In this document: one piece after another, positions 35,176 to 43,892 of the stretch
How the letters are laid out: each line of letters starts with the position of its first letter
Position numbering within the stretch: the first letter of the stretch is position 1
Virus record (IMG/VR): IMGVR_UViG_3300035675_000007
Length of the DNA stretch: 64,000 nucleotides
Direction: 5' to 3' (one strand)
Origin: an uncultured virus (IMG/VR IMGVR_UViG_3300035675_000007)
Taxonomy: Duplodnaviria; Heunggongvirae; Uroviricota; Caudoviricetes
The notes under the pieces: model-generated
Told to the model about the DNA's origin: nothing
Seen by the model: only the letters and a program-made list of their open reading frames with translations
The model's database searches: none
Translations under genes and position numbers: made by a program

Positions 35176-35942
35176 TTCACCGTCGGCTCCCAGCCCGGGA
35201 CGCGGTTCTCCCCGATGTATGTCATGGCATCGCCATATCGACTTGGACCGAAGTGGTAGCTGAGGCCAAGATGATCGGCGATCTGCTTCACGCTCACGGC
35301 GTTCTCGATCCCCCCGCCAACATCCCAGATGTTACCGGTGTCGAAGACCGGGAACAGCTCGACCTGCATGACGAGAAGGCGGACGTAATCGCTGACGTGG
35401 AGCAGATCCCTGACCTGTGATCCATCTCCGCTGATCGTCACGGGCAACCCATCTCGCCTGGCCTTGCAGAACCAGGCAATCCAGCCCGAATCGGCTGATC
35501 CCTCCTGGCCTGGTCCATACACCGTGCCGGGACGATTGATGACGACCGGCACGTTGTATGCCTTCGCATACTCCTGCGCCCAGGTCTCGACCATCCGCTT
35601 TGACGCCCCGTACGGCGTCATCCCGTCCCGTGCCTTGACGGAGCTGGTGACGATCACCTGGCACGGTCGCTTCCTCGCTTCTTCGAGGATGTTGACCGCC
35701 GTGACCACCGTATCCCGGAAGGTCTGCAACGGATCACGGATGCTCGCGGCCGTGGAGCAGGAGGAGGCGAGATGAACGATGACCTGGGGATCAAACTGCA
35801 TGACGGATCTTGCGACGTCGAGGTCTGCCAGATCCTGAGAGACCTTTATGTCGGCACCGTGGACAGCGTGACCTCGACCAATCAGGGCAGCGACGGTCGC
35901 TGAGCCGATGAAGCCGGCCGACCCGGTGACGAGGACGCGCAT
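35148..35942 (-). CDS. NAD-dependent NDP-sugar epimerase/dehydratase
   Basis: VTGSAGFIG, HLAS, YGASK, GDGSQVRDLLHVSD. Confidence 0.9.
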   Translation of the reverse strand: MRVLVTGSAGFIGSATVAALIGRGHAVHGADIKVSQDLADLDVARSVMQFDPQVIVHLASSCSTAASIRDPLQTFRDTVVTAVNILEEARKRPCQVIVTSSVKARDGMTPYGASKRMVETWAQEYAKAYNVPVVINRPGTVYGPGQEGSADSGWIAWFCKARRDGLPVTISGDGSQVRDLLHVSDYVRLLVMQVELFPVFDTGNIWDVGGGIENAVSVKQIADHLGLSYHFGPSRYGDAMTYIGENRVPGWEPTVKWWESETLR

Positions 35943-36866
35943 CTAGGTGTTGGCCTTCAGGTAGTCGTTGAAGTAGGCCACGGTGTCCCTGACCCCATCT
36001 CCGAATGGCCGCAGGTCTGCCGGGTCGATTCCGAGAGGGAGGAGTGTTTGGGGATGGCCGAGCACGAGTGATCGTGGGTCCTCGCCGGGGCGCATCGGGA
36101 GGTGGGCGATCTTCACCCTCTTCCCGGTGACGTTGTGGGCCTTCTCGATCACCTCTTTGGCGATGTCGTTCACCGTCGTCCGCCGGCCGGTACCAGCCTC
36201 CAGCGGTCCCTCGATCGGGCCCCTGGCATCTGTCTTCTCAAGGGCGGCGACGAGGATGTTCGCCAGGTCCCCGACCCAGATCATGTCCATGACCTGCTCG
36301 CCGTCCCCGTAGACCTCGATGTCCTGCCCGGACAGCGCCCGGCAGCAGAACGAGGGCATGATCTTGCGGACCTTCGACGGCCCGAACGGAGCGGCAGCGG
36401 TCTGGCCCGGGCCGAAGGCATTGAGGCCGCGGACCGTTGTCATCTTCGCGCCGCGGAAGCGGACGAACATCTCCACGAAGCGCTCGACCGTGTTCTTCGT
36501 CAGCGAGTAGGTGTTGTTCATCCACCAATTGCCGACGGCGATGTTGACGAGCGGAAGGTTGTACTGGGCGGAGGCCTCCAGGATGTTCAGCCCACCGATG
36601 ATGTTGGTCTCCGCCGCGGGACGGGGATTCGTGATCGTCTCTTGGGTACCGAGAACGCCAGCCAGGTGAATGATCCCGTCAGCGTGGGCGGCAGCTTCGG
36701 TGACCGCTGTCGCATCCCTGATGTCACCGAGGACGAGGCGCGATCCCGAGACGGGTTCTCGCCATCGGGTGTCGAGCACGGAAACGTCATATCCACGAGA
36801 TAGCAGCTCCCTGACAACGTATCGCCCGATGAACCCGTTCCCCCCGGTGACGAGAACATTCTTCAT
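35943..36866 (-). CDS. NAD-dependent NDP-sugar epimerase/dehydratase
   Basis: VTGGNGFIG, HLAG, YSLTK, GDGEQVMDMIWVGD, MRPGE; AAGGAG RBS before ATG 36866. Confidence 0.9.
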   Translation of the reverse strand: MKNVLVTGGNGFIGRYVVRELLSRGYDVSVLDTRWREPVSGSRLVLGDIRDATAVTEAAAHADGIIHLAGVLGTQETITNPRPAAETNIIGGLNILEASAQYNLPLVNIAVGNWWMNNTYSLTKNTVERFVEMFVRFRGAKMTTVRGLNAFGPGQTAAAPFGPSKVRKIMPSFCCRALSGQDIEVYGDGEQVMDMIWVGDLANILVAALEKTDARGPIEGPLEAGTGRRTTVNDIAKEVIEKAHNVTGKRVKIAHLPMRPGEDPRSLVLGHPQTLLPLGIDPADLRPFGDGVRDTVAYFNDYLKANT

Positions 36867-36887
36867 GGCCGCTCCTTCCCTACGCAC

Positions 36888-36922
36888 AAAGAGAGCCGCT
36901 CATTGGATTGAGCGGCCCCTTT
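36888..36922 (-). terminator. Intrinsic terminator-like hairpin
   Basis: Minus strand GCCGCTCA-ATCCAA-TGAGCGGC followed by TCTCTTTG. Confidence 0.55.
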
Positions 36923-36938
36923 CGTTCTTGGCCGACGA

Positions 36939-37445
36939 TCAGGTCTCGTCGTAGCTGTAGTTGATCGTTTCGGCGCCAGTGACTGTTCCGTTCCAGTTTC
37001 CCGGAGCGCAGTCGGCGTCGACGCGGAGCTGGAAGACCGCGTACTTCGTCGTCGCACTCGTGTTGGTGTAGGACCCGGAATCCCACGTCGCCTTGTTGCC
37101 GGCCGTGTAGTTGGTGAAGCTCACGTCGGCAATCGTCGAGGTGGCGTTGGTTGGGGTCGTACCCGTCGTGTAGGCGCCGGTGAAGTAGAGCCCTGTCGAA
37201 ACCGTGACGGCTCCGTCTCCCCAGATCAGGAAGTTGGAAACCGAGTTGGACGGCTTCGTGTCGACCTTGAGCTTGAGCCACTTCTCGTAGGAACGGGACC
37301 CGACGGAGATGGGATTCGCCTGCCGGTTCGCCTGCGAGTTCGTGTCGTTGTCGGCGCTGATGAAGTCGATTCCGGTCTGTGCGGTGGCCGACTCGGTGTC
37401 GGCAGCAGACCCGGTGTACACGCGGAGCGTGAGTGTCGCAACCAT
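36939..37445 (-). CDS. Putative virion structural protein
   Basis: 168 aa, Thr/Ser/Asn-rich beta-type sequence directly after the portal; GGAGG RBS. Confidence 0.55.
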   Translation of the reverse strand: MVATLTLRVYTGSAADTESATAQTGIDFISADNDTNSQANRQANPISVGSRSYEKWLKLKVDTKPSNSVSNFLIWGDGAVTVSTGLYFTGAYTTGTTPTNATSTIADVSFTNYTAGNKATWDSGSYTNTSATTKYAVFQLRVDADCAPGNWNGTVTGAETINYSYDET

Positions 37446-38794
37446 TAGTTCTTTCCTCCTGGACTCGTCTGACCAGCAGGTTTCTGCTGCCCATCATCAG
37501 ACGGCTTCGGCGCTTTCTGCGCCTCAAGAACCTCCCTGGCTGTCGGCACGTCAGCGAGACGCACCGCGCCGGTAGGAGTGACCATGAACAAGTCGTCGTA
37601 CTCTGACCCGAGTGGCTCGCGACCATCGTCGATACGAGCTTCGTTCGGGGTCTTCCAGGGGAACCCCGCCAGCGCCGACTTGTTGATATCGGCCTTGGCC
37701 TTCGTCTCCTTGAGGTTCAGGGCCAGGAACCTGAACGCCAAGCCGTTTTCCTTGCCGCCGTACGCCTCGTCCCAGACGATCTCCCGGGTCATGTACTCCT
37801 GGATGAGAGCCATGAGCGGGCGCAGCCCCCGGTCCTCCGTCTGTTGCATCTGCACTTCAGACGTAGCCCGGTTGACGTCGAACGTCAGGCCAAGGTCCAT
37901 AGGCGACAGGCCAAAGACCGCCGCGATTTTGCGGACGAGGTAGATGTTCCACTCCAGGAACTGCATGTCGCGGTTCGTGTTGCGGAACTGGATGAAGGCG
38001 GGTGCCTTGGTGCCGCCGAGGATGCCGAGCGCACCCTTACCGGCGACCTCCATCTCCCAGTAGGATTTGAAGCGGTCGATGTCCTCCGGGCGGGCACCCT
38101 CACCAAGATGCAGAAGACCGTCTGGCGCGGCCTCTGTAACCTGACGCCGGCTGTACTCGGAGCTGTTCAGCTCGGCGTCAATGGTCAGCTTGAGCGTCTC
38201 AAGCGGGCTGACCCCGAGGACCGAGTAGGACCTCGGGTTCATCATGATGTAGAGCAGCTCGTCGTTCTTGAACGAGGCCCGCTCCTGCCAGTCCGGGTAC
38301 CAGAAGTAGCGCGGTTCGTCCGGGTCTCCGTCCCAGAGCGCGTTGACCCTGATCGTCCCGCCATCGACCGGCCACAGCTCGGCTACCTCGCCCCGGACGG
38401 TCCTGACCTTCTCGATGGTGCCTGCGTCGAGAACGAGGATGTCCTCGATGACGGGCTCGATGAAGTTCCTGAACGAGTCGCTTCTGGCGTTCGGCTGCTC
38501 GAAGAGGTCGGTCAGGCGCTTCTGCATCGTCAGGTTGATGTCATTCGCGCCCTCAGGCTTTGCCGGAACGATGCCCCACTCGGCAGAGCTGATCTGGGTC
38601 TTACGCACGTTGATGGCCGCACGCACCCACTCGCTGTTCTCCGCCCAGGATCTCAGCAGCTGTACGTTCGTCTTTCCAACCCTGCCACGATCGTTACGCA
38701 TGGCGTAAGCGGTGGCAGACTGAGACGGGACCTTGTCAGGCGTTGTCTGCGGCTTCGTGCGCTTCTCGATGTACCGGACAAGTGCTCCCATCAA
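37445..38794 (-). CDS. Phage portal protein (HK97 family)
   Basis: ELWPVDGGTI, GVSPLE, DMQFLE, IAAVFGLSPMDLG, TPNEARIDDGREP. Confidence 0.92.
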   Translation of the reverse strand: MMGALVRYIEKRTKPQTTPDKVPSQSATAYAMRNDRGRVGKTNVQLLRSWAENSEWVRAAINVRKTQISSAEWGIVPAKPEGANDINLTMQKRLTDLFEQPNARSDSFRNFIEPVIEDILVLDAGTIEKVRTVRGEVAELWPVDGGTIRVNALWDGDPDEPRYFWYPDWQERASFKNDELLYIMMNPRSYSVLGVSPLETLKLTIDAELNSSEYSRRQVTEAAPDGLLHLGEGARPEDIDRFKSYWEMEVAGKGALGILGGTKAPAFIQFRNTNRDMQFLEWNIYLVRKIAAVFGLSPMDLGLTFDVNRATSEVQMQQTEDRGLRPLMALIQEYMTREIVWDEAYGGKENGLAFRFLALNLKETKAKADINKSALAGFPWKTPNEARIDDGREPLGSEYDDLFMVTPTGAVRLADVPTAREVLEAQKAPKPSDDGQQKPAGQTSPGGKN

Positions 38795-38976
38795 CGCACC
38801 TTCAGGCTCTTGCGCTGCACATCGAACTGGATCTTGTTCAGGTATCGCCTTGTCACTCCCCAGTTCGCTTTCTGCACCGCCTCCTCGTACAACATCTCGT
38901 ACGTGGGGAGACCTCGCATCATGTCGGCTAGATAATCTGGAACATCCTTGATCCCATCACGAAACTCCACTTTCAT
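38791..38976 (-). CDS. Hypothetical protein
   Basis: 61-aa ORF exactly filling the TerL-portal gap. Confidence 0.55.
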   Translation of the reverse strand: MKVEFRDGIKDVPDYLADMMRGLPTYEMLYEEAVQKANWGVTRRYLNKIQFDVQRKSLKVR

Positions 38977-40431
38977 CTATTTCCTCACAGACCCAAAGAC
39001 GATTCGAGTCCCGGACAGATCCATGGCGTAGCCAAGAGCGTCAACCATGTCGTCGTGTCCCTTGGGGAATGAAAGCAGCTCGGTTTCGAACGCCGAGCCC
39101 CGGAGGCTCTCGTGATGGAACACCTTGTGGCCTTCGTACCTGGCGGCGACGGATCGCGCCCGCGTCACCTTGTCGACATCCGCCCTTCTTCCGACGACAG
39201 GGATGGGAGATGTGTTCAGCAAATCCTGGATGAGGGTGGACTGGAACTGGTTGCTCTCGATGATCACCCGCTCCATCGCCGGATATGCCATCCATCCGTC
39301 AAGCACAAACTCACGATGTCCAGATTCGCGCTTATCTCTATAAACAGATAGGACATAGTGGTTGAAGTCCATGTCCTCGGCGACGGTGGCCCGTGCGGTG
39401 AAGTCCGCACGTTCCTTCTCGGAGGAGGCGAGGTCGATCCCCATCCTGATCCGGTATGTCTTGGATGGATCGAGTTCGGAGAAGTAACGGAAGTTGTCCC
39501 GGCGGAAGATGTTGCCGGACATGAGTCCGCTGATGTCATTGAGGTAGGCGCAGGAGAAGACGGCCGAGCCGAGATCGTCTCGTTCCCGGTAGAGCAGGTC
39601 GAGCGGCCAGACCTCGGGCCAGAGCGCCTTCTCCTTGCCGTCCTCGACGTAGATGGCTCCCCGCACGAGGTGCGGCCAGTGCTTCTCCTCGATCAGCTTC
39701 TCGTAGAGATCGCCCTCACCCCAGCGGGTTCCGAGGACGATGATCGTTCCCCTCGGAGCCAGGCAGGGCTTGAGCGTCTTGTTGAACCAGGTCTCGACCT
39801 TCTCCATCTGGTCGATGTTGGCGCAGTTCTCGTCGTCAATGATGTCGTCGCAGAGGATGAGATCGAAGCGCTTGGAGATGATCGCCCCGAGCGCGCCGTT
39901 GGAATAGAGGCTGACATCCTTGGACTGCTCCAGGGGAGATCCGGCCACGATCCATTCGACGTCCGTCCACTTCGAAGACGAGACGAGGTTGCCGAAGACC
40001 TCCCGGAACTCCTGGTTCACCTCGAAGGTGCTCTTGATGGCCCGGGAGAAGGCGTTGCTCTGCTTGGCGGTGTTGCTGATGACGGCGACGCGCAGGCGCT
40101 TGTCGCCATCGACGGCGTTGGAGGCGATCTTCCAGGCGAGGTAGATCGTGTTGGCCCACGTCGTCTTGGCATGACCACGGGGTTCGAGGATCACACCGTG
40201 CTCGTGCTTCTCGATCCGCTCCTCGATGAAGTGGATCATCTCGGCATGGTGCGGGGCCGGCTTGAAGCCGTGGACGTACTCGCCGAACGCGAGCGGATCG
40301 TGCCTAGTGAGTTTTGCCAGCAGCTGGCGCTCTAACTTCTTCAGCTGTTCCTTCGACAAGCTGAGCCCTTGCGAGCGCAAGAAGTTCGCGTATCTCTGCT
40401 GGTCTGGCTCCCTCGAAGGGGTCAGTGACAA
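38977..40431 (-). CDS. terL: Terminase large subunit
   Basis: Walker A PRGHAKTT, Walker B LILCDD, GTRW, nuclease GIDLA...HDDMVDA; TTG start with AAGGAG RBS. Confidence 0.93.
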   Translation of the reverse strand: MSLTPSREPDQQRYANFLRSQGLSLSKEQLKKLERQLLAKLTRHDPLAFGEYVHGFKPAPHHAEMIHFIEERIEKHEHGVILEPRGHAKTTWANTIYLAWKIASNAVDGDKRLRVAVISNTAKQSNAFSRAIKSTFEVNQEFREVFGNLVSSSKWTDVEWIVAGSPLEQSKDVSLYSNGALGAIISKRFDLILCDDIIDDENCANIDQMEKVETWFNKTLKPCLAPRGTIIVLGTRWGEGDLYEKLIEEKHWPHLVRGAIYVEDGKEKALWPEVWPLDLLYRERDDLGSAVFSCAYLNDISGLMSGNIFRRDNFRYFSELDPSKTYRIRMGIDLASSEKERADFTARATVAEDMDFNHYVLSVYRDKRESGHREFVLDGWMAYPAMERVIIESNQFQSTLIQDLLNTSPIPVVGRRADVDKVTRARSVAARYEGHKVFHHESLRGSAFETELLSFPKGHDDMVDALGYAMDLSGTRIVFGSVRK

Positions 40432-40813
40432 CGGTCGTCTCCTTCCGCTCAGTCGGCTCGCCCAGCAGCAGCTGAAGCGTCTGGATCGCGGCGACGGCCT
40501 CCTTGGTTCCGACCGACACCCGGTGGTTCTTGATCCCGTCCATGTACTCGTACAAGGTGGCGCGCATGGCGGTGACAGCCTCGATGCGGATGTCAGCTGC
40601 CTGCTCAGCCAGTCTTTCGAGGGCCAGGTTTACGCCATCCGCCAGCGCCTGCCGGCGATATTCTTCCCGCTTGCGGGGCCAGTCGTGATTCCGCCCGTAC
40701 CTGGCTACCGCCGAGAATGCCACCCCGTATCGCGCTTCGAGATCCCGATAGGTGACTTCAGTCGTAACGTATTCGCGCTCAAGCAGCCTGTAATCTACTT
40801 TAGCTGGCGGCAT
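40304..40813 (-). CDS. terS: Putative terminase small subunit
   Basis: N-terminal HTH (YRDLEARYGVAFSAV...HDW..KR) followed by helical region; directly upstream of TerL. Confidence 0.7.
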   Translation of the reverse strand: MPPAKVDYRLLEREYVTTEVTYRDLEARYGVAFSAVARYGRNHDWPRKREEYRRQALADGVNLALERLAEQAADIRIEAVTAMRATLYEYMDGIKNHRVSVGTKEAVAAIQTLQLLLGEPTERKETTVVTDPFEGARPAEIRELLALARAQLVEGTAEEVRAPAAGKTH

Positions 40814-40832
40814 ACTTGACACCGATCCGCAT

Positions 40833-40862
40833 TTGACACCTCCCCGACCGTGTTGCTATAGT
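40833..40862 (+). promoter_or_regulatory. Strong sigma70-type promoter
   Basis: TTGACA (40833-40838), 18-bp spacer, extended -10 TGcTATAGT (40854-40862); points against the local gene direction. Confidence 0.75.
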
Positions 40863-40868
40863 TGCACC

Positions 40869-41106
40869 AATGTTCCTGACGACGGTCAGGGGCAGGGAGA
40901 TGGCTGAATGCCCGGGTCGGAGTGCCCCGGGAAAAGCGACACCGGACCCAGGAAACGCATCGGCCACGAGGCCAACGGTATCGAGCTGGTGCGGAGGTCC
41001 CGCTGGGGACTGAACGGTATCCCGACAGGGAAACGGTGGGCAGACGGGTACTGTGATTACAAGCAGTGCTTCCCCGTCTTGTGGGTAGCCAGACCCACCT
41101 CCATCA
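40869..41106 (+). ncRNA. Candidate structured non-coding RNA (~240 nt)
   Basis: At least seven consecutive hairpins downstream of the promoter; G-U pairs favour the plus strand; family not recognised. Confidence 0.55.
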
Positions 41107-41114
41107 AGACCCGA

Positions 41115-41336
41115 TCACTTCGTTGGAAGTGGCTCCGCAAGGGGTCCTCCCACCAGCGGAGGGGTCGGGTTTTTGATTCTCCTCTGCCGTTCTTCTTCGG
41201 CGGTCTCCGAATGATGGAGGTGCCAGGGAAGTTCTGGATCGTCCGGTTTATCCCAGCAGGAGCACATTCCACATAGCTCCCACTCGTGGTGGTAGAAGCA
41301 CGTATCGACGATCAGGAACTGGTGAGGCTCCCTCAC
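41115..41336 (-). CDS. Hypothetical Cys/His-rich protein
   Basis: GTGA-coupled to the ParB-like gene. Confidence 0.45.
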   Translation of the reverse strand: MREPHQFLIVDTCFYHHEWELCGMCSCWDKPDDPELPWHLHHSETAEEERQRRIKNPTPPLVGGPLAEPLPTK

Positions 41337-41962
41337 GAGATAAAGTCGGCGGCGATCAACTCGATCGCCCGCCAATCCGGAACCGACTCGTCTTGCTGAA
41401 CGCGCCTGATCGCCTCGTCGAGAACCTCGGCAGCCGCCTTCGGCAGCCGGTAGCTCCGCAGGACCCAGTCCGTCTCGACCGCCATCGGCTTCCGCTCCTC
41501 GACATCCTTCCAGTCGAACGGGCGGCGGAACGCCTCGAACTGCTCCGGTGTATACGGCAGGACAGCGAGCAGCTCCTCGACTGGATGACGCTTGGCGAGA
41601 TCAGAGATCAACGATCGCAGCAGGTCTGGTTGGGCACGACCGCGCGTCTCGTTGAGGACGATCGTCAGCTGCTTGGCGTCATCATCGTCAACATCGCCGA
41701 GGTCGATGATCGGAATCTCGGTGATGCCGAGCTGCCGGCAGGCTCGTAATCGGTGCTCGCCGTCGATGATCTCGAACCAGTCATCGAGCTTCCTGACCAG
41801 GATCGGATCGACGAAACCGAAGCGCTGGATCGATGCCAGCTCGCGCTCGAAGATGAAGTCGTCCTGGCGGTTGGGGTTCCACGGGTTCGGACGAAGAAGA
41901 TCGTCCGAGACGTAATCAACCCTCAGGTTGGTAGTCGGGATACTTCTTCTTGACAAGCTCAT
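41333..41962 (-). CDS. ParB/Srx N-terminal domain protein
   Basis: LRPNPWNPN, SIQRFGFVDPILVR, IIDGEHRLRA, LNETRG; such genes commonly lie upstream of terminases. Confidence 0.85.
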   Translation of the reverse strand: MSLSRRSIPTTNLRVDYVSDDLLRPNPWNPNRQDDFIFERELASIQRFGFVDPILVRKLDDWFEIIDGEHRLRACRQLGITEIPIIDLGDVDDDDAKQLTIVLNETRGRAQPDLLRSLISDLAKRHPVEELLAVLPYTPEQFEAFRRPFDWKDVEERKPMAVETDWVLRSYRLPKAAAEVLDEAIRRVQQDESVPDWRAIELIAADFIS

Positions 41963-42146
41963 CCACGATCTTCTTCATCGCGTCTCGGGAGATCGGGGGC
42001 GCCTCCCAGGTGATCGATGCGCCGGCCGAGGTGATCGTCGGGGACGTCCAGACCTTGAATGTCGGGGACGACGACGTCCAGTACGGTCCCGTCCAGGTGG
42101 TAGATAGAAGCTCGCCGATCGAGTCGCTGTTTACCAATAGCGCCAT
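41916..42146 (-). CDS. Hypothetical protein
   Basis: 76-aa ORF in the tightly packed minus-strand run. Confidence 0.45.
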   Translation of the reverse strand: MALLVNSDSIGELLSTTWTGPYWTSSSPTFKVWTSPTITSAGASITWEAPPISRDAMKKIVDELVKKKYPDYQPEG

Positions 42147-42149
42147 GTC

Positions 42150-42362
42150 TCACCAGCTCTTGAGTCTATCTAAGGCGATTGGGAATGGGTCCGTCGGTGA
42201 TGCGGCTCGGTGTCGTTGCTCCCTGTCCATCCAGGTTTTTGCCCTGGCATAGACCAGCCCTGGTGCCTCACGCTCGGCGCAGATGGCGCACATAAGGCGC
42301 ATACCCACCTTGAATGGCTCCCGCGTCTGTATTCCACAGTCGCAGGTAAAGGGGGTGTTCAT
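42150..42362 (-). CDS. Hypothetical zinc-ribbon protein
   Basis: CDCG...CAIC; GGAGG RBS. Confidence 0.5.
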   Translation of the reverse strand: MNTPFTCDCGIQTREPFKVGMRLMCAICAEREAPGLVYARAKTWMDREQRHRAASPTDPFPIALDRLKSW

Positions 42363-42694
42363 CCTGATCTGACCTCCCATCCGTCTACCGGGCAGGCGAT
42401 CCGCACGGCTACCGCGTTGGCGGATACCTGGGATCTCGCCCGCTCAAGAAGGTTGAGCGCCAGCGAGGAGAACGTTGGTCGAATGCCGGGGATATCCCGT
42501 AGATCCTTGTCGGTCACCTCGGCCAGCAATACCTTCCACAGCCCCCTGGCGGTCGATTCGTCGGCCGGCTCGAAGGCGGGGTACTCGATCATCAATGTGA
42601 CGATCAGCCCGTGGAAGTGGACCCGTGAATCGGGGCCGAGCGTAACGTCATGAGCATGACTCAGCGTCACGTCAGATGACAGGAGGAGCTTCAC
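42359..42694 (-). CDS. Hypothetical protein
   Basis: 111 aa with GTG start, downstream of a promoter-like element. Confidence 0.5.
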   Translation of the reverse strand: MKLLLSSDVTLSHAHDVTLGPDSRVHFHGLIVTLMIEYPAFEPADESTARGLWKVLLAEVTDKDLRDIPGIRPTFSSLALNLLERARSQVSANAVAVRIACPVDGWEVRSG

Positions 42695-42733
42695 GGGGAC
42701 ACCTACCTAATCGAGACCGACATCCCGACGTTC

Positions 42734-42775
42734 GGGGTTCCCCGTATTGGCTGCGAGTGTAGCACGGGGAACCCC
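42734..42775 (-). promoter_or_regulatory. Extended -10 element flanked by a perfect 12-bp inverted repeat (operator)
   Basis: GGGGTTCCCCGT-N18-ACGGGGAACCCC; minus-strand TGcTACACT at 42764-42756. Confidence 0.55.
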
Positions 42776-42794
42776 TCACAAAAAGAGGCAAGCC

Positions 42795-43049
42795 TTATTC
42801 GGGCTTGCTCTCCAGCCACTTCATCATCTTGTCGATGGTCTCGCTCCTTACCGACTCCCCCTTGATGAAGCTGTTCAGCGTCGGAAGGGTCACACCGATC
42901 TGGGCGGCTGCCTTTTGCCTCGAAAGCAGGGCACGGCCACATGTCGGGCATGTAGTCAGGTTCGCCTTCACCCGCTCACGCAGCCCATCGGTGAACGATT
43001 CCATCGCTCCCTCCTCCTTCTCGATGACACGCTTAGTCCGTGGGGCCAT
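42795..43049 (-). CDS. XRE/Cro-type HTH transcriptional regulator
   Basis: SRQKAAAQIGVTLPTLNSFIKG...ETIDKMMKWL with a CPTC motif in front. Confidence 0.75.
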   Translation of the reverse strand: MAPRTKRVIEKEEGAMESFTDGLRERVKANLTTCPTCGRALLSRQKAAAQIGVTLPTLNSFIKGESVRSETIDKMMKWLESKPE

Positions 43050-43099
43050 TCGATCCCTCTTCTCCTCTTCAGCCGGGTTATTCCCAGGAGATGCCACGA

Positions 43100-43128
43100 A
43101 GTATACGCGGCGGTCTACGGTGGTTCAA
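43100..43128 (-). promoter_or_regulatory. Sigma70-type promoter for the HTH gene
   Basis: TTGAAC-17 bp-TATACT on the minus strand. Confidence 0.6.
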
Positions 43129-43364
43129 TCGTCCTCGGCGCCCTTGCCGGGGATCTTCCATGCCTTCGTCCAGGCAACATTCTTGTTCTTGGCCTTGGTC
43201 ATCTTCTCTAGCTGGACCTCATCCCGGGTTCTCTGGGCCTTCCACGAGACAAACGGCTTCGGTTCCGGAAGGGGATCGTGAGAATCCAGGGGCTGACCGC
43301 ATTCACAGTGCGTCAGCGCGTCCCAGTTATCCGTGTCAGCCACTGGGTCAATTCGATAACCCAT
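43125..43364 (-). CDS. Hypothetical protein
   Basis: GAGG RBS; CECG..H motif. Confidence 0.45.
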   Translation of the reverse strand: MGYRIDPVADTDNWDALTHCECGQPLDSHDPLPEPKPFVSWKAQRTRDEVQLEKMTKAKNKNVAWTKAWKIPGKGAEDD

Positions 43365-43588
43365 TGCGTTCCTCTGTTCTTCGGGCTGAGGGCGAGCCCG
43401 ATCGCGGCGATCCCGGCGATCCGATCTTCGACGAAGACGATCTTGCCGGCGGATACGGTCCCGGATTCCAGGAAGCCGATCATCCTGCATCGACGCCTTC
43501 TCCCTGGCTGGAGATTCCCGGAGAAGATCGGTATCCCCTCCCGGACCTTCCATCCATCCGTCGTCCAGACGGCGTACTCACTTCCCAT
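43313..43588 (-). CDS. Hypothetical protein
   Basis: 91-aa ORF overlapping its neighbours. Confidence 0.4.
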   Translation of the reverse strand: MGSEYAVWTTDGWKVREGIPIFSGNLQPGRRRRCRMIGFLESGTVSAGKIVFVEDRIAGIAAIGLALSPKNRGTQWVIELTQWLTRITGTR

Positions 43589-43892
43589 TCAGGTCATCCC
43601 AGTCGTCCTGGGCTGCTGACTTCACGAGCGGCTGGTGAATGAGGCATGTCGGCTCAGAGCAACGATCGGCTTGAACGATGACGAGGACTCGGCGGTAAGG
43701 ATCGCCAGCCGTCTCGAAGCCATCGAAGTTCTGCCACGGCCCGGTCTCCAACCAGTCGCGCGCCAGCTCTTCCACGATCCGCTCGCGCTCGGCGGCGACG
43801 GCGTCGGCCTCGATGGCGTCGATGTCGGCACGCAGATCGAAGCCTTGGCTCCAAGGTCGCTCCAGCAGCCGCTTCCCGGCCTTGGTCGTCAT
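43578..43892 (-). CDS. Hypothetical protein (AERERI family, paralogue 2)
   Basis: MTTKAGKRLL...AIEADAVAAERERI; ATGA-coupled start. Confidence 0.55.
   Translation of the reverse strand: MTTKAGKRLLERPWSQGFDLRADIDAIEADAVAAERERIVEELARDWLETGPWQNFDGFETAGDPYRRVLVIVQADRCSEPTCLIHQPLVKSAAQDDWDDLNGK

Noticed and set aside
40869..41106. tRNA, tmRNA, SRP RNA, RNase P RNA or cobalamin riboswitch
   Set aside because: No T-loop (TTCGA), no SRP GGAAGG/AGCAG core, no RNase P GAGGAAAGTCC and no complete B12 box; kept as an unclassified candidate.
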